DNA of 64,000 nt from a virus. The translations under genes were made by a program, and so were the position numbers. Below, piece by piece: positions 10,125 through 20,254 of the stretch (position 1 is its first letter; each line of letters begins with the position of its first letter). A model generated the notes under the pieces. It did no database searches and was not told where the DNA came from. It saw nothing but the letters and a program-made list of their open reading frames with translations. The stretch lies in IMG/VR virus record IMGVR_UViG_3300024265_000039, positions 22,109 to 86,108 of that record; one strand, written 5' to 3'.

Positions 10125-11621
10125 TTATCCCGAAGGGACACGAGCATAGGCGGAACTCTGAATAGGATATGCTGTCAACTGGGTCGGGGTCACATTGGTG
10201 GCCGACACCGAAACGGAAGTTTCTGCTTCCAGGTAGGACACGTCAATTTCCGCGCCCCGTTGGGTGACCGTGCCGGAGGTGGCAGTATAGGCATAGTGCT
10301 TGCTGCCTTCGCACCGGATGATAATCGTATCGGTTGATCCGACTGCCGTTGCGTTAATCCGGTTGGTGGGCGTGCCACTGACAACACTATCCAGCTTGAA
10401 ATCCCATTGTGAGCCGGTGTAAGTCACATAGGCCAACCAATGGTTATTGGCATCCTGTTTGCGGAAATACAGTTCGACCTTATCTCCGCTAATGGGGCCA
10501 CCGGGAAGCGTGTAAGTCAGGTAAAAGAGCGCATCGCCCGGTGATAGATCACGCACATCGGAGGCAACATAATCAGCATCAGTGATATGGGCGGTGAGAT
10601 TCAGGGACGCTATATCGTACTCCGCCGTCATTGGCCAAGGCAATACCCGCACCTCTGCTTCGGTCATCTTGTACGTTTCATCGTAGGTTTGGACAACACC
10701 GTAGGCGACTTGCTCCCCCCAGTTGGAAACAAACAAAAGGTTCCCGTCCAGGAATATGAATTCTCCCGCCTCCCGCAGCACAACTGTAAGTTTGGCATCT
10801 GTAGCTGCCGTTAGCGTGGCGATCCCGGTAGAAAGTGTGGACGTATTGATAATTGGTTTTACCGCCAGGGAGGATATGAGGATACCCGATTCGAGAACAC
10901 CAGTCTGATTTTGATCGATCCCGATTTTCATGTCCCCTGACCCGGAGGTTATCTGGAAGGTATAGCAAAACATCGTCCCGGCTTCGCGGGGCATCTGGCT
11001 TGTCCACAACGCCGGATCGCTGTAATCGTTGTTGGTCCCGGCGCAAATCAGAGAACCGGAACTGACGGACAGGTCGTTTCCAGTATCGACAATAGTCCAT
11101 GTCCCCTGCCCTGCTGTTCTGGGGGAGGTGATCGGCGCAGCCTCGTCAACGCTGAATTGATCGTAGAGCAATTGTACATAGATTTGGGTGCCCAGCACAC
11201 AATCAATAGTGAGCGTGTACCCACCACCAACCGGCGAAGTAGATTCCTTGATCGTGCCGCGTTGGGCCGTGGCCTGATAATATTCCCATTGACCGCTCTT
11301 ACGGCTGAAAGTACGAGCGGTCACCAACCCGCTATAAGAAAGCGCAGCAAAAAAAGTGTCCAGAATGAATTGCACCTGTAAGGGGGTAAGCCCGGTAAAC
11401 ACCCAAGTGAAGTTCGGGCGACCATACCCTCCACGCAAACCGGACAGGGATGTGACCGTTTCCTCGGAGTCCATCACCACATCTGCTTCGTTGCCGGGAC
11501 GCACCCAGTCCCGGCCCGGCGCTTGATCGTTCTGGCGCGGCCAGTTTTCAATCGCATAGGTGGCGGTTAATTTGTCTGCATCAATGTGCCCTGCTGAAAG
11601 GCGGTATCCTGATATGGTCAT
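10125..11621 (-). CDS. Distal tail-like protein with appended beta-sandwich domain
   Basis: First gene after the tape measure gene; 498 aa. Confidence 0.5.
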   Translation of the reverse strand: MTISGYRLSAGHIDADKLTATYAIENWPRQNDQAPGRDWVRPGNEADVVMDSEETVTSLSGLRGGYGRPNFTWVFTGLTPLQVQFILDTFFAALSYSGLVTARTFSRKSGQWEYYQATAQRGTIKESTSPVGGGYTLTIDCVLGTQIYVQLLYDQFSVDEAAPITSPRTAGQGTWTIVDTGNDLSVSSGSLICAGTNNDYSDPALWTSQMPREAGTMFCYTFQITSGSGDMKIGIDQNQTGVLESGILISSLAVKPIINTSTLSTGIATLTAATDAKLTVVLREAGEFIFLDGNLLFVSNWGEQVAYGVVQTYDETYKMTEAEVRVLPWPMTAEYDIASLNLTAHITDADYVASDVRDLSPGDALFYLTYTLPGGPISGDKVELYFRKQDANNHWLAYVTYTGSQWDFKLDSVVSGTPTNRINATAVGSTDTIIIRCEGSKHYAYTATSGTVTQRGAEIDVSYLEAETSVSVSATNVTPTQLTAYPIQSSAYARVPSG

Positions 11622-11630
11622 TTTATCACC

Positions 11631-14081
11631 TTAGAAAATTTGCCCACGAACACCCTTGGGGGCGTCTTTCGTCGCCTGAATTATGGTGAGCGCAAATCCG
11701 CGCATCCCCTCACTGAATTCAGTATGGGAGATTCCCCCCAGATTAACATCCCCAAAATTAAACTCATAAGCCGGGCCGCCACCAAGCCCACTGGGGATAC
11801 CCTGGCTCGGCTCGAATGGGATGACCAGTTCCGGCCCAGCTTCACCGGCTACCAGCAGCGTCGGCTCATCGATGAGCGCTCCACGAGCCGCCGCTACTCG
11901 ACGGCGGCCACGACCACCGCCACCCTTACCACTGGAACTCGCCTTAGAGAACATATCCTGCAAGATTTGCACCATCGACTGTGCGCCAGCACCCATAATG
12001 TCTACCAGGGCTTGCTGCGTATCCTGAGTGATTTCCAGTTGCGCTTGGCCGCCAGACTGGATGATGTCAAGGGCGGAACGCTCCCGATCTTCGAGCAAAT
12101 CCATTTCCTTCTGGTGCCCCTCTTCCATCTTTTCCAGTTGGCGCTCCCGATCCAGTGCTTTCTCTTCATCTTCGACTTTGCGCCGTTCGGCTTCTAGCTT
12201 TTGTTCTTCCTCGTAGCGTTCCTTCTCTTCATCCAGCCGCTCCTGCGCCTGCTCAAATTCTTGCTCTTGTTGCTCCTTATAGGCTTTCTTCGCCTGCTCC
12301 CGATCCTTCTGGTACTGGGTAATCAATTCCTGCCTGCGAGTATCCGACTGCGTGCGCAGTTCGGCCAGCTCCTTCTCGAAGGCGACGCGGCGCTCCTCGC
12401 GGCTCTTGCCGAATTCGCGTTCAGCTTCCGATACCTGTTCCGCATTGTCTTCCTCAGCCCGGCCCATCTCTTTCTCATGGGCGCGTTGTGCTTCCAGGAA
12501 GGCGACCACGTTGTTATTGGCTTCAGCATCGTTCAATGCGTCTAGGTGATCTTCCAGCATCCGCTTCCGTTGCTTCTGCCACTCGGTCTCCGCCTTAGTC
12601 ATCGATTCTAAATGGATGGATAGTTCCTCGGTGCGAGAGGCCATGTACTGGGCCGATAGTTCCGCGCCCTGGCTTGCCAGTTCCGGCCCGATGGCGGCCA
12701 TCTCCTCCCGGAACTGAGTCTCAAGCTGGAGCATATTCTTGCCATGTTCTTCGGCCATCTCTTCCGTGCGGTCGTAGTAGTCATCGTGGATGTCAGAAAG
12801 CGCGTTCGTATGGCTTTCGGCGGCAGCTTCGTCTGCCCGTTGTCGTTCCCGGCCAGTCCGGGCATCTTCCCATTTAAAGTCGTCGGCAGTATCGGCCAAT
12901 TCCTCGGCGAAGTCGGCAATGCTGCTTTCAGCATCTGCACGGGTAGCAGCTAGATCGCGTTCCGCATCATCGACCCGCCTGGCCGCCGCTTCCGCTTCCT
13001 CACGCGCTTTCACATCATCCATGATCTCCTGACGCAGCGCAATTGCAGCATTATTATCAGCAATTTCTTTGTTCCAGCCGCGTATTTGCTCGGCTGCATC
13101 ACCGTAGACGTGGCTTCCGCCAGCCCAATCAGTGACAACAGAGCGTATCTGATCCCATGACCCAGTGTTTTCTGCGATGTCATCTGTAGCCCCTCGTATA
13201 GACTCTCTAACATCCTCATTGGCCGCTTCGTATCCCCGAATATCATCTGTAAGGGATTCTGTAGTACCGGACTCCAGAAGATCGTTTCGCTCCAATTCCA
13301 GGTCTAGCGCATCCTGCTGGGCTTCTAGATTTTTACGAATCGCGGCTGTGGACTTCCCCATCATCGCGTCAAATGCCGTCATACCCAAGTTGATACCGGC
13401 GATGGCTGCCGTAGCTGGCCCTGCCGCTTTGCTCAGGCCCCCCAATCCCTTACTGGCAAATTTGCCCAGTACGTTGTTGGATTGCCCGGCCATTTGTGAC
13501 ATGTTGCTGAAGGTTGACGAAAGCTGATCGCCGGTTGACATAAGATTGGACATTTCGTTCATGGCATTGCCCAGGCCGGAGTCGTAGCCAGCGAACTGGG
13601 AGAGAGATTGGAGCATTCCAGAAATCTCACTGCCAGGGCCCATACCAAACCCGCCGCCCATACCGAAATCGTCCATGCCGCCAATATCGCGTTTTTTTGA
13701 TATACGCCCTGTTTCGGCAAGCTCTTTGTTGTATTCTTGTTGGACTAAAATCAGATCGCCCAGTTCTGATTTTAGCTCTTTCTCGCGATCAATCAGGACT
13801 TGAACCATGTGGTCTGGGGCATTTGCCATTTCCGTATGGAGTAATGCTAGGTTGGTCCCTACGTCCTCAATGCGGAAATCGAGTTCACTGATTGCATCAA
13901 GGCTATCTTTAGCTGATAGCGAATCCCCACCGAAACCACCAATTGCCCCCCAAATTCCACCAGACTTCTGAAGGGCCTCAAGCAGGTTCCCTACCCCGCC
14001 GAGGGCGTCCTGGAATATCCCTAATTTCTGAACAGCATCATCAGCGTCGGGGATTTCTAAACTGAAAATAGATTCGGACAT
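11631..14081 (-). CDS. Tail tape measure protein
   Basis: 816 aa, Gly/Ala/Met-rich N-terminal half, long coiled coil, C-terminal AARGALIDEPTLLVAGEAGPELVIP motif typical of tape measure proteins. Confidence 0.85.
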   Translation of the reverse strand: MSESIFSLEIPDADDAVQKLGIFQDALGGVGNLLEALQKSGGIWGAIGGFGGDSLSAKDSLDAISELDFRIEDVGTNLALLHTEMANAPDHMVQVLIDREKELKSELGDLILVQQEYNKELAETGRISKKRDIGGMDDFGMGGGFGMGPGSEISGMLQSLSQFAGYDSGLGNAMNEMSNLMSTGDQLSSTFSNMSQMAGQSNNVLGKFASKGLGGLSKAAGPATAAIAGINLGMTAFDAMMGKSTAAIRKNLEAQQDALDLELERNDLLESGTTESLTDDIRGYEAANEDVRESIRGATDDIAENTGSWDQIRSVVTDWAGGSHVYGDAAEQIRGWNKEIADNNAAIALRQEIMDDVKAREEAEAAARRVDDAERDLAATRADAESSIADFAEELADTADDFKWEDARTGRERQRADEAAAESHTNALSDIHDDYYDRTEEMAEEHGKNMLQLETQFREEMAAIGPELASQGAELSAQYMASRTEELSIHLESMTKAETEWQKQRKRMLEDHLDALNDAEANNNVVAFLEAQRAHEKEMGRAEEDNAEQVSEAEREFGKSREERRVAFEKELAELRTQSDTRRQELITQYQKDREQAKKAYKEQQEQEFEQAQERLDEEKERYEEEQKLEAERRKVEDEEKALDRERQLEKMEEGHQKEMDLLEDRERSALDIIQSGGQAQLEITQDTQQALVDIMGAGAQSMVQILQDMFSKASSSGKGGGGRGRRRVAAARGALIDEPTLLVAGEAGPELVIPFEPSQGIPSGLGGGPAYEFNFGDVNLGGISHTEFSEGMRGFALTIIQATKDAPKGVRGQIF

Positions 14082-14097
14082 CTACCATGTCCTCCGT

Positions 14098-14134
14098 AAA
14101 CAAGAAAGGCCCGCATCGAATGCACGACACGGGC
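14098..14134 (-). terminator. Terminator/attenuator-like hairpin just before the tape measure RBS
   Basis: GCCCG...CGGGC stem then CTTTCTTGTTT, then GGAGG. Confidence 0.45.
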
Positions 14135-14258
14135 GGGGCGGAAACGCGCAGCCCAAAAGTCCTACCTTAATTCTATACCTAGGAGGGGGGTGTTGTCACC
14201 ACGCAGTGGATTGCGCTTGCCCCAGAGAATAGTATAAGATAGAAATAAAGGAGATCAT

Positions 14259-14828
14259 ATGGCAATCAAAACGATTAACCCGGCAGTAAAGAAAATGAAG
14301 CAGGCACGAGAACTCATCCAGGCGAAGGAATATGTAGCTGCTCGGAAAATTCTCCTGACTATGGATCACCCGCAGGCCCAGAAATGGCTGGCGAAATTAG
14401 ATGACCTCTCCCCGATGGAGACTGACGCCCTACCCCAACCAGTTCCCTGGTGGCTGAATCCCTGGTTGCGGTTCGGCCTGGGGGTCGTAGCTGCTTTGTT
14501 CCTCGGCTTCGTTCTGGGAATGTCTTTTGGCGAACAGAATGCTCCCGGATACTTCTGCCAGGTCGATGAAGATTGGCTCGATATTCAGGGGCAGATCAGA
14601 AGTGATTACATCAACAGCATGAACACTTCTCTGGGCTACGCCTACGTGGTAGAGTATATTGAATATACCCCTGCCCCGGATGCCTGCGAATTGGAATGGA
14701 GCATCTGGGAATACGTTAGTGAGGGGATGATTGAGGTTGAATCTGGCAATCGGGAAATGGGGTACTTGTATATAGGAGAAGGGCTTGGTATGGCATATGC
14801 TTACCTTTTGACTACGGAGGAGAATTAA
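14259..14828 (+). CDS. Single-pass membrane protein (moron-like)
   Basis: AAGGAG RBS, promoter-like TTGCCC..TAAGAT upstream, TM helix FGLGVVAALFLGFVLG. Confidence 0.65.
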   Translation: MAIKTINPAVKKMKQARELIQAKEYVAARKILLTMDHPQAQKWLAKLDDLSPMETDALPQPVPWWLNPWLRFGLGVVAALFLGFVLGMSFGEQNAPGYFCQVDEDWLDIQGQIRSDYINSMNTSLGYAYVVEYIEYTPAPDACELEWSIWEYVSEGMIEVESGNREMGYLYIGEGLGMAYAYLLTTEEN

Positions 14829-15565
14829 TCGCCCTGCCCCACAATCTTTTCCCAGTCGGCCAGCAACTCAGTTCCATCCAGGGCGGCATAGCGCGTGCCT
14901 TCGCGCCGTTCGGTGCGATCCCCAAGGGACAATGCCTTTAATCCTCGAAAGAATTCGTCTTCGTCTTTGAAAGATACATAGATCATAAAATCTGCCCCAC
15001 CCCCATCAAAGTCGTCGGAGGTGTCGTCAACGGTCTTTTTGTCTTCGAACGCGCCAGTGTAGTCTCCGTCACGCTTCATTTGCTCAATAGCATCATTGAG
15101 CAAATCATCATCAAATCCGGTCGCTTCGTAGATCGTCAAATCGCATCCACGTAAGGCTTCCAGCAATGGGATAAGGGCATTGGGGTTATCTCGCCCCCGG
15201 CGGCCTGTTTGATTCTCGGCCAATGCATATCCAATCGCTTCTTCTCGCGTGTCCAGGTGGGAAATATCGCAGACAGATACCTGCCATATGCCCTCATCGA
15301 CTCGCAACCGTTTACTTTTCTTGATCGCAGTATCGATGCGTTCCCGGTCTTCCCCTCTATTATGCATTGCTCGTATAACCAGTAACGCCTTTTTACGATG
15401 GTTCCCGGCCATTATTTCACCGGCCCAGACATTCAGTTCGTCCTGGAACCCAAACCTCAAAATTGAGGTGATGATTCCTCCGATATCTCCTTCGTTTGGA
15501 TTGTCCTCCCACACTTCCAGGTCGTCGATGTTACGCCAGTCTAGTTCAGTCGGTTCAGCAGCCAT
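14825..15565 (-). CDS. ParB/Srx-like N-terminal domain protein
   Basis: IDDL..WEDNPN...SILRFGF...IMAGNHR...ALAEN motifs; start at MAAEP with RBS. Confidence 0.75.
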   Translation of the reverse strand: MAAEPTELDWRNIDDLEVWEDNPNEGDIGGIITSILRFGFQDELNVWAGEIMAGNHRKKALLVIRAMHNRGEDRERIDTAIKKSKRLRVDEGIWQVSVCDISHLDTREEAIGYALAENQTGRRGRDNPNALIPLLEALRGCDLTIYEATGFDDDLLNDAIEQMKRDGDYTGAFEDKKTVDDTSDDFDGGGADFMIYVSFKDEDEFFRGLKALSLGDRTERREGTRYAALDGTELLADWEKIVGQGD

Positions 15566-15566
15566 G

Positions 15567-15776
15567 CTATGCCTCTTTCTCGTTTTGTCGTTCCCAGGCA
15601 TCAATGTCATTGCGGAGGTTCATCCCGGCTTCAATGTCCTCCCGACCCTGGCCGATTGCATCCAGGAGATAATGGATCGCCATATCGTAGGTTATCCCTG
15701 CTCCACGACAGAATTCCCGAATCCGGTGCTGCGTATCTGGGCAAACGGACAATCTTCTGGTAGTTTTCTTCGACAT
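15567..15776 (-). CDS. Small ribbon-helix-helix-like regulator
   Basis: 69 aa, GGAGG RBS, TTRRLSVCPDTQHRIREF...TYDMAIHYLL pattern. Confidence 0.5.
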   Translation of the reverse strand: MSKKTTRRLSVCPDTQHRIREFCRGAGITYDMAIHYLLDAIGQGREDIEAGMNLRNDIDAWERQNEKEA

Positions 15777-16007
15777 ACTTGCCTCCCAAAAATAGAGGGA
15801 TTGGGACTATACATATTCTAAGAAGTATAATATGATATAGCTATAGGAAAGGCAAGAGTCATTGTCTTTCAAAATAATCAAAAAAGGCACTGCGAACAAC
15901 AGTACCTTTTGCGAATATCGGTGATAGGATCGCGTCGGGCAATCCAAGATTGTATGCAGTATGACATGCTCCATCGTTCCTGTCAATGGTTTTTCATTGC
16001 GGCTTGA

Positions 16008-16250
16008 TTGCTGCACCTCAAATGGAGGATAGTGAAAGGGATGATGAACCCAATGAAATATCCAGGCAACCCCCGCATTCGGCTCCAAGTAGCCGCACGG
16101 GAAATGAGACAACACCCGAAAAGCAGCCCGGAATACCGAGAGGCCGAACGGCAATATTTGGCGGCCCAAATGGTGGTTCGGCGGCGATATTCCATCCCCC
16201 CATCCGGTAGCATCAAACAGATTTTACAGGGAGACCCGTCATGGTCATAA
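16008..16250 (+). CDS. Small hypothetical protein
   Basis: Overlaps the start of the ERF-like gene; start uncertain. Confidence 0.4.
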   Translation: MLHLKWRIVKGMMNPMKYPGNPRIRLQVAAREMRQHPKSSPEYREAERQYLAAQMVVRRRYSIPPSGSIKQILQGDPSWS

Positions 16251-17746
16251 GAGAATTACCGGCGGCAACAACCGCAATAAGTAGCGCCAAGGTCGCCGTG
16301 AAACTGGCGGCGATAATGGGCGATCTGGGGATAGTAGGCAAGGACAAACAACACGGTATGGGTTTCGCTTATGCCAGTGTCGATGCAGTCTACGAAGAAG
16401 TCCAGCCATTAATGTCAAAGCATGGTCTGGCTTTTACTCCTGAAATCACCAAAATCGATGAAAATGACACCAGATTCTTGGTATTCTACGAATATGCAAT
16501 CATCGATTGCGAAACCGGCGAAACGATCCGGTGCCCCTGGGTCGGCGAAGGGATACATACGACCACCAAGAAAGGCAGCAAGCAGGGCGGGGAATATTCT
16601 GTCCGTGATGAGAAAACATTGGCGAAAATACATTCCCTGGCGACCAAGTATTTCCTCTGCCACCTGTTAATGATCCCTCGCGGCGATCTGCCCGACCTGG
16701 ATGAAAATGGGGAGCGGATTGTCCAGCGAAACGGTCAGAAGCCGAGCGGAAACCGAAGCGGCGGGAATCAGAAGAGTCGTAAACAAAACGGGAAACCCGC
16801 CGGGAAAGACCCGGAAGCGTGGCCGTCCCCAACTACCGTCGATCAGATGATGGTTGATTTTCGCAAATTCCTCGGCAACCCCGACTACCCGGCGGAAGGT
16901 ATCGCCCGGTTAGCTTTCGGCAACAAGTTGGGCGACCGGCAACCTACTGACCTGGAACTGTGGGGTCAATTTGCTGATGTTGTTGCCGCCAAGAAAGCTC
17001 TGGCGAATTTACCCTGGCCGTGTTTGGCGGCACTAGATCGACTGTGCCTGGAATTCCGGGAGAAAATCGAAGACCCGGACTGCCCCGCCAAGCGCGTGCA
17101 GGAACTAGTCGGGATGGAATCGCGTTCTGATATGGATGCGCTGAAAAAGTTCTCGTCACGGGCCGATGCCCTGGAAGCTATCTGGCAAGCGTTCACCCGC
17201 CCTGCCGGGTCACCCCCTACCCCGCCGGAAGAGATTCCCCCGACCGGGGAAGAGACTGCCCCGACCGAAGAAACTGAGGCATGGACTGATTTCGATGAAC
17301 ACGCGCTGAATGAGGAAGCGCAGTGCTACGGTTTTGATGCCGGGGATATTGAGGAAGCCGGTCAGGAAGCATTGGAAATCCTGGGCAAACCCTCATGGCG
17401 CGATTTCCCCAACCGTAATGAAGCCAGCGTTGCTCTCCGCGCTCTGGCTATCGAGCGGAAGCTGGCCCTGACCGCCACCCATTACACCTACCGGGGACAG
17501 TACACGGAACTGCATTGCAATCATACCTCCCCATCTGGCGGGGTTACCGTCCGGGTATTACACCGAACTGCTTTCCATTCCGTTGGCGGGAAATGGAAGG
17601 AAATCGTTAAAAGCTGGCCGAAACATAAAGGCGAACAGCGCGAACTCCCCTACGGGCTGAATATTCGCAGCGAAACCTGGGAAGAAAAGGGCGACAATTT
17701 TGTGGTCGCAAAGGGAGGGTTGTCGCCTGAAGACATCCCTTTTTAG
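16241..17746 (+). CDS. ERF-family single-strand annealing protein with long C-terminal extension ending in an SSB-like DIPF tail
   Basis: GKDKQHGMGFAYASVDAVYEEVQPLMSKHGL...KYFLCHLLMIP..DLD matches the ERF pattern; ends EDIPF. Confidence 0.75.
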   Translation: MVIRELPAATTAISSAKVAVKLAAIMGDLGIVGKDKQHGMGFAYASVDAVYEEVQPLMSKHGLAFTPEITKIDENDTRFLVFYEYAIIDCETGETIRCPWVGEGIHTTTKKGSKQGGEYSVRDEKTLAKIHSLATKYFLCHLLMIPRGDLPDLDENGERIVQRNGQKPSGNRSGGNQKSRKQNGKPAGKDPEAWPSPTTVDQMMVDFRKFLGNPDYPAEGIARLAFGNKLGDRQPTDLELWGQFADVVAAKKALANLPWPCLAALDRLCLEFREKIEDPDCPAKRVQELVGMESRSDMDALKKFSSRADALEAIWQAFTRPAGSPPTPPEEIPPTGEETAPTEETEAWTDFDEHALNEEAQCYGFDAGDIEEAGQEALEILGKPSWRDFPNRNEASVALRALAIERKLALTATHYTYRGQYTELHCNHTSPSGGVTVRVLHRTAFHSVGGKWKEIVKSWPKHKGEQRELPYGLNIRSETWEEKGDNFVVAKGGLSPEDIPF

Positions 17747-18102
17747 AAAACCTCCCAACACTGCCGCGTGAAGCTCGACCGGTAGACATCATCCGCATCG
17801 AGTCCTCCCCCATTTTCAAACGGGGGAGGCGCGGTCCTCGCAAAAAAGATCGTGCATTTGCTGATGTAGTGTTGGGAGATAACGAGACAGTACGCATTTC
17901 GTTATGGAGTGAGCATATCCAGTCCATCGAGGATTGCGGGTATACGCTGGACGAAGTTTCCGCCGAGTTCCCAGTGACAGTCAAGTTGGTCGAATTGGGA
18001 GTGGGGCTGAGGGTAAGCGAGATCACCCATGCGGAAACACTGAGATTTGTATCTGTGCAAGATTGTGTTGACAAGCGACGACGCGAGACCTATGGCGTCT
18101 AA
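17737..18102 (+). CDS. Putative -1 frameshift extension (OB-fold-like) of the ERF-like protein
   Basis: C CCT TTT heptamer just before the TAG; -1 frame open 17731-18102 with first possible start at GTG 17869. Confidence 0.5.
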   Translation, partial: PFLENLPTLPREARPVDIIRIESSPIFKRGRRGPRKKDRAFADVVLGDNETVRISLWSEHIQSIEDCGYTLDEVSAEFPVTVKLVELGVGLRVSEITHAETLRFVSVQDCVDKRRRETYGV

Positions 18103-18115
18103 CAGGAGAGATGAC

Positions 18116-19204
18116 ATGACCGAACAAACCGTATTGAAGGACTTGCGTGCCTTAGCGCCGCAACTGCACGAAGCCCACAAAGCCGAAAAGGAAACTAAGG
18201 AGGCTTTCAAGGCTCTGGAAGATGCATTTAAAGCCCAGCCGGAAATAGCCGAAGCCTTGGTGTCCAAGAAATCCGCCGCCAATGAAAAGAAAAGTCTGGA
18301 GCGTAAGGCTCGCGCCTTGCTCCAGCAGGCTGGGGAGGAGCAAATTGCTCTGGATACCCGGTATTATCGCATTACCCCCACATCGTCCCTGGTTCTAGCC
18401 GACGAAACGGCCACCGCACTCAAGCTAGCAAAGTTAGCGTTGGCCGCGCCAACCGTATTCTCCCAATTTCTGAAGGTGGATATGGATGCACTGCTGGCGG
18501 CACGGGATACCAACCCCATCATCATGGAACTGTGTCCCGATACCGAGTTTGATATTACCCAATCCCACAAGACATACATCAACTGGTCGCAATTGGCGCA
18601 GCCGGAACTCAACCACAGCGAAGCCCTGGTGCAGTTGAAGGCTGAATTGGCAGCGATTGGCGATGACTTTGTGGCTATTTCGTCGGAAACGACCGGCATA
18701 AACATCAAGAAAGACGAACCGGTGAAATTGACTATCATCGACCAGGCAGGGGTTACCCTAATGGATACGATGCTTTTCCCCGAAGCTCAAATCCACCCGG
18801 AAGCTGAAGCTGTGCATGGAATCAGCGAGGCCGACCTGCTCCATGCCCCGCGCTTCGCCGACATCGCCGATAAGGTGAAGGCGTTGCTAGAAGGGAAATC
18901 TGTGTTGGCCTACAACGCACCGTTCGCCAAATCCATGATCGCCAATGCGGTGAGAGGGGAATTGGCAATTCATGAGTGGACGGTTCCCGGCGACTGGCAC
19001 TGCCTGATGAAGATGGGTGCGACATGGGGCGGGGAGCGTAGTTCCTTGCTGATCCACCAATTCCGGTCATTGAAATTCAATGAACTGGCTTCCCGCCTCG
19101 GTGTTGCCGTCAACGGGTCCAAAGCGGCCCAGGTGTTAGCCGTAACAAAAGCGCTACAATTGCGTTTATCAACCCCCAGCCAGGAAGGTGTTCTCGATGG
19201 ATAA
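18116..19204 (+). CDS. Coiled-coil domain fused to a degenerate DnaQ/DEDD exonuclease-like domain
   Basis: FVAISSETTG, IHPEAEAVHGI, VLAYNAPFA, WHCLM motifs; AGGAG RBS. Confidence 0.7.
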   Translation: MTEQTVLKDLRALAPQLHEAHKAEKETKEAFKALEDAFKAQPEIAEALVSKKSAANEKKSLERKARALLQQAGEEQIALDTRYYRITPTSSLVLADETATALKLAKLALAAPTVFSQFLKVDMDALLAARDTNPIIMELCPDTEFDITQSHKTYINWSQLAQPELNHSEALVQLKAELAAIGDDFVAISSETTGINIKKDEPVKLTIIDQAGVTLMDTMLFPEAQIHPEAEAVHGISEADLLHAPRFADIADKVKALLEGKSVLAYNAPFAKSMIANAVRGELAIHEWTVPGDWHCLMKMGATWGGERSSLLIHQFRSLKFNELASRLGVAVNGSKAAQVLAVTKALQLRLSTPSQEGVLDG

Positions 19205-19505
19205 GCGAGGGGAGTTGACTCCGGCTGAAGCGGATGCACTGGTGGCTATCATTCAACAACGCGACGAACACCTGATCCCATACTATTCTGTCGATGAGCC
19301 GGGATCAGTTCTCAAGCGCCTGGAACGTAACAAGTTGATAGAAACCGGCTATTTCCGCGCCCGGCGCTGGCAAGACTCGTGCAGGGTAACTGAAAAGGGA
19401 CTGGCGGCGCTGGACGCTTATCACCAGCATCAAGCCGAACAGGAAGAATGCGAATATAAGCTCAAATATAAGTTCGATTTTTTCCGGGGGATAGTATTCC
19501 GGTAG
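19197..19505 (+). CDS. Winged-helix-like small protein
   Basis: LKRLERNKLIE...RVTEKGLAAL pattern. Confidence 0.55.
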   Translation: MDKRGELTPAEADALVAIIQQRDEHLIPYYSVDEPGSVLKRLERNKLIETGYFRARRWQDSCRVTEKGLAALDAYHQHQAEQEECEYKLKYKFDFFRGIVFR

Positions 19506-19533
19506 TAGCCCCTGAAAGCCCAAAGCGGCCTTA

Positions 19534-19573
19534 AAACATAAAGCCCGGTAAAAATATACTGGGCTTTATGTTT
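19534..19573. terminator. Bidirectional terminator between convergent units
   Basis: AAACATAAAGCCCGGTA / TACTGGGCTTTATGTTT inverted repeat. Confidence 0.7.
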
Positions 19574-19733
19574 ATGGGGGTTGTTATGGTACAATTTTCT
19601 TAGGATGCAATCCTGCCCATTTCAGCCAGATCGCGCCACGCTACCACGTGGCGTTTGGCTTACACCCAGAATCGTTTGCGATCTCCTATAACCTCGCCGG
19701 GTGTGGCTTCGTAGCATAGTTCTGCCGGTCGGT

Positions 19734-20216
19734 TCATATGTCTAAATCCCGTGTTAGCCAAGCTGTTAGAGCCATATCGTACTGCTCTGGATGCAGCGAA
19801 TCAATGGTGCCTGGCAGGTTTTCGGTGATGGGGTTTTCCATGAAGTCGGGGCAATTGAACAGCAAATCTTCCAATTCATGTCGCCCGTTTACCACAACAA
19901 CGACTCCATCAGTTGTGATAATGGCGATATTTCCCATTGGAGAGCTATCGCTTTCGCGGACAAAGACAATGATCCCACGCCAGTCTTGCGGTTGAAAACC
20001 ACACCTCTCCAGGAAAAAAGCCCCGTCTCTAGCACCAGGATGTATACCCCTAACGCCGCCGATATATTCAACCACCTTTGGCTTGGCACGTGGGTCGTTA
20101 CGTTCCTTCTCACATTGTGAGCAATAGCAATACCTCTCGTAGTCATGAATGATGCCGATAGGTGTATCTTTGCCGCATCCATTACACTGCTTCGTCTTGT
20201 TCATCTTCGTTCTCAT
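19734..20216 (-). CDS. Hypothetical protein with N-terminal Cys cluster
   Basis: CNGC...CYCSQC; GGAG RBS. Confidence 0.55.
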   Translation of the reverse strand: MRTKMNKTKQCNGCGKDTPIGIIHDYERYCYCSQCEKERNDPRAKPKVVEYIGGVRGIHPGARDGAFFLERCGFQPQDWRGIIVFVRESDSSPMGNIAIITTDGVVVVVNGRHELEDLLFNCPDFMENPITENLPGTIDSLHPEQYDMALTAWLTRDLDI

Positions 20217-20254
20217 CTCCTGTTTCTAAACGTTCGGTACGATTTTCATGATAG

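Noticed and set aside
487-13891. Numerous plus-strand ORFs antisense to tail genes, and similar shadow ORFs elsewhere
   Set aside because: They overlap longer, motif-supported genes on the opposite strand and lack RBS or recognisable motifs
19600-19730. Hairpin-containing intergenic stretch as a tRNA or ncRNA
   Set aside because: Only one convincing hairpin (CGCCACG/CGTGGCG) and no cloverleaf; insufficient support
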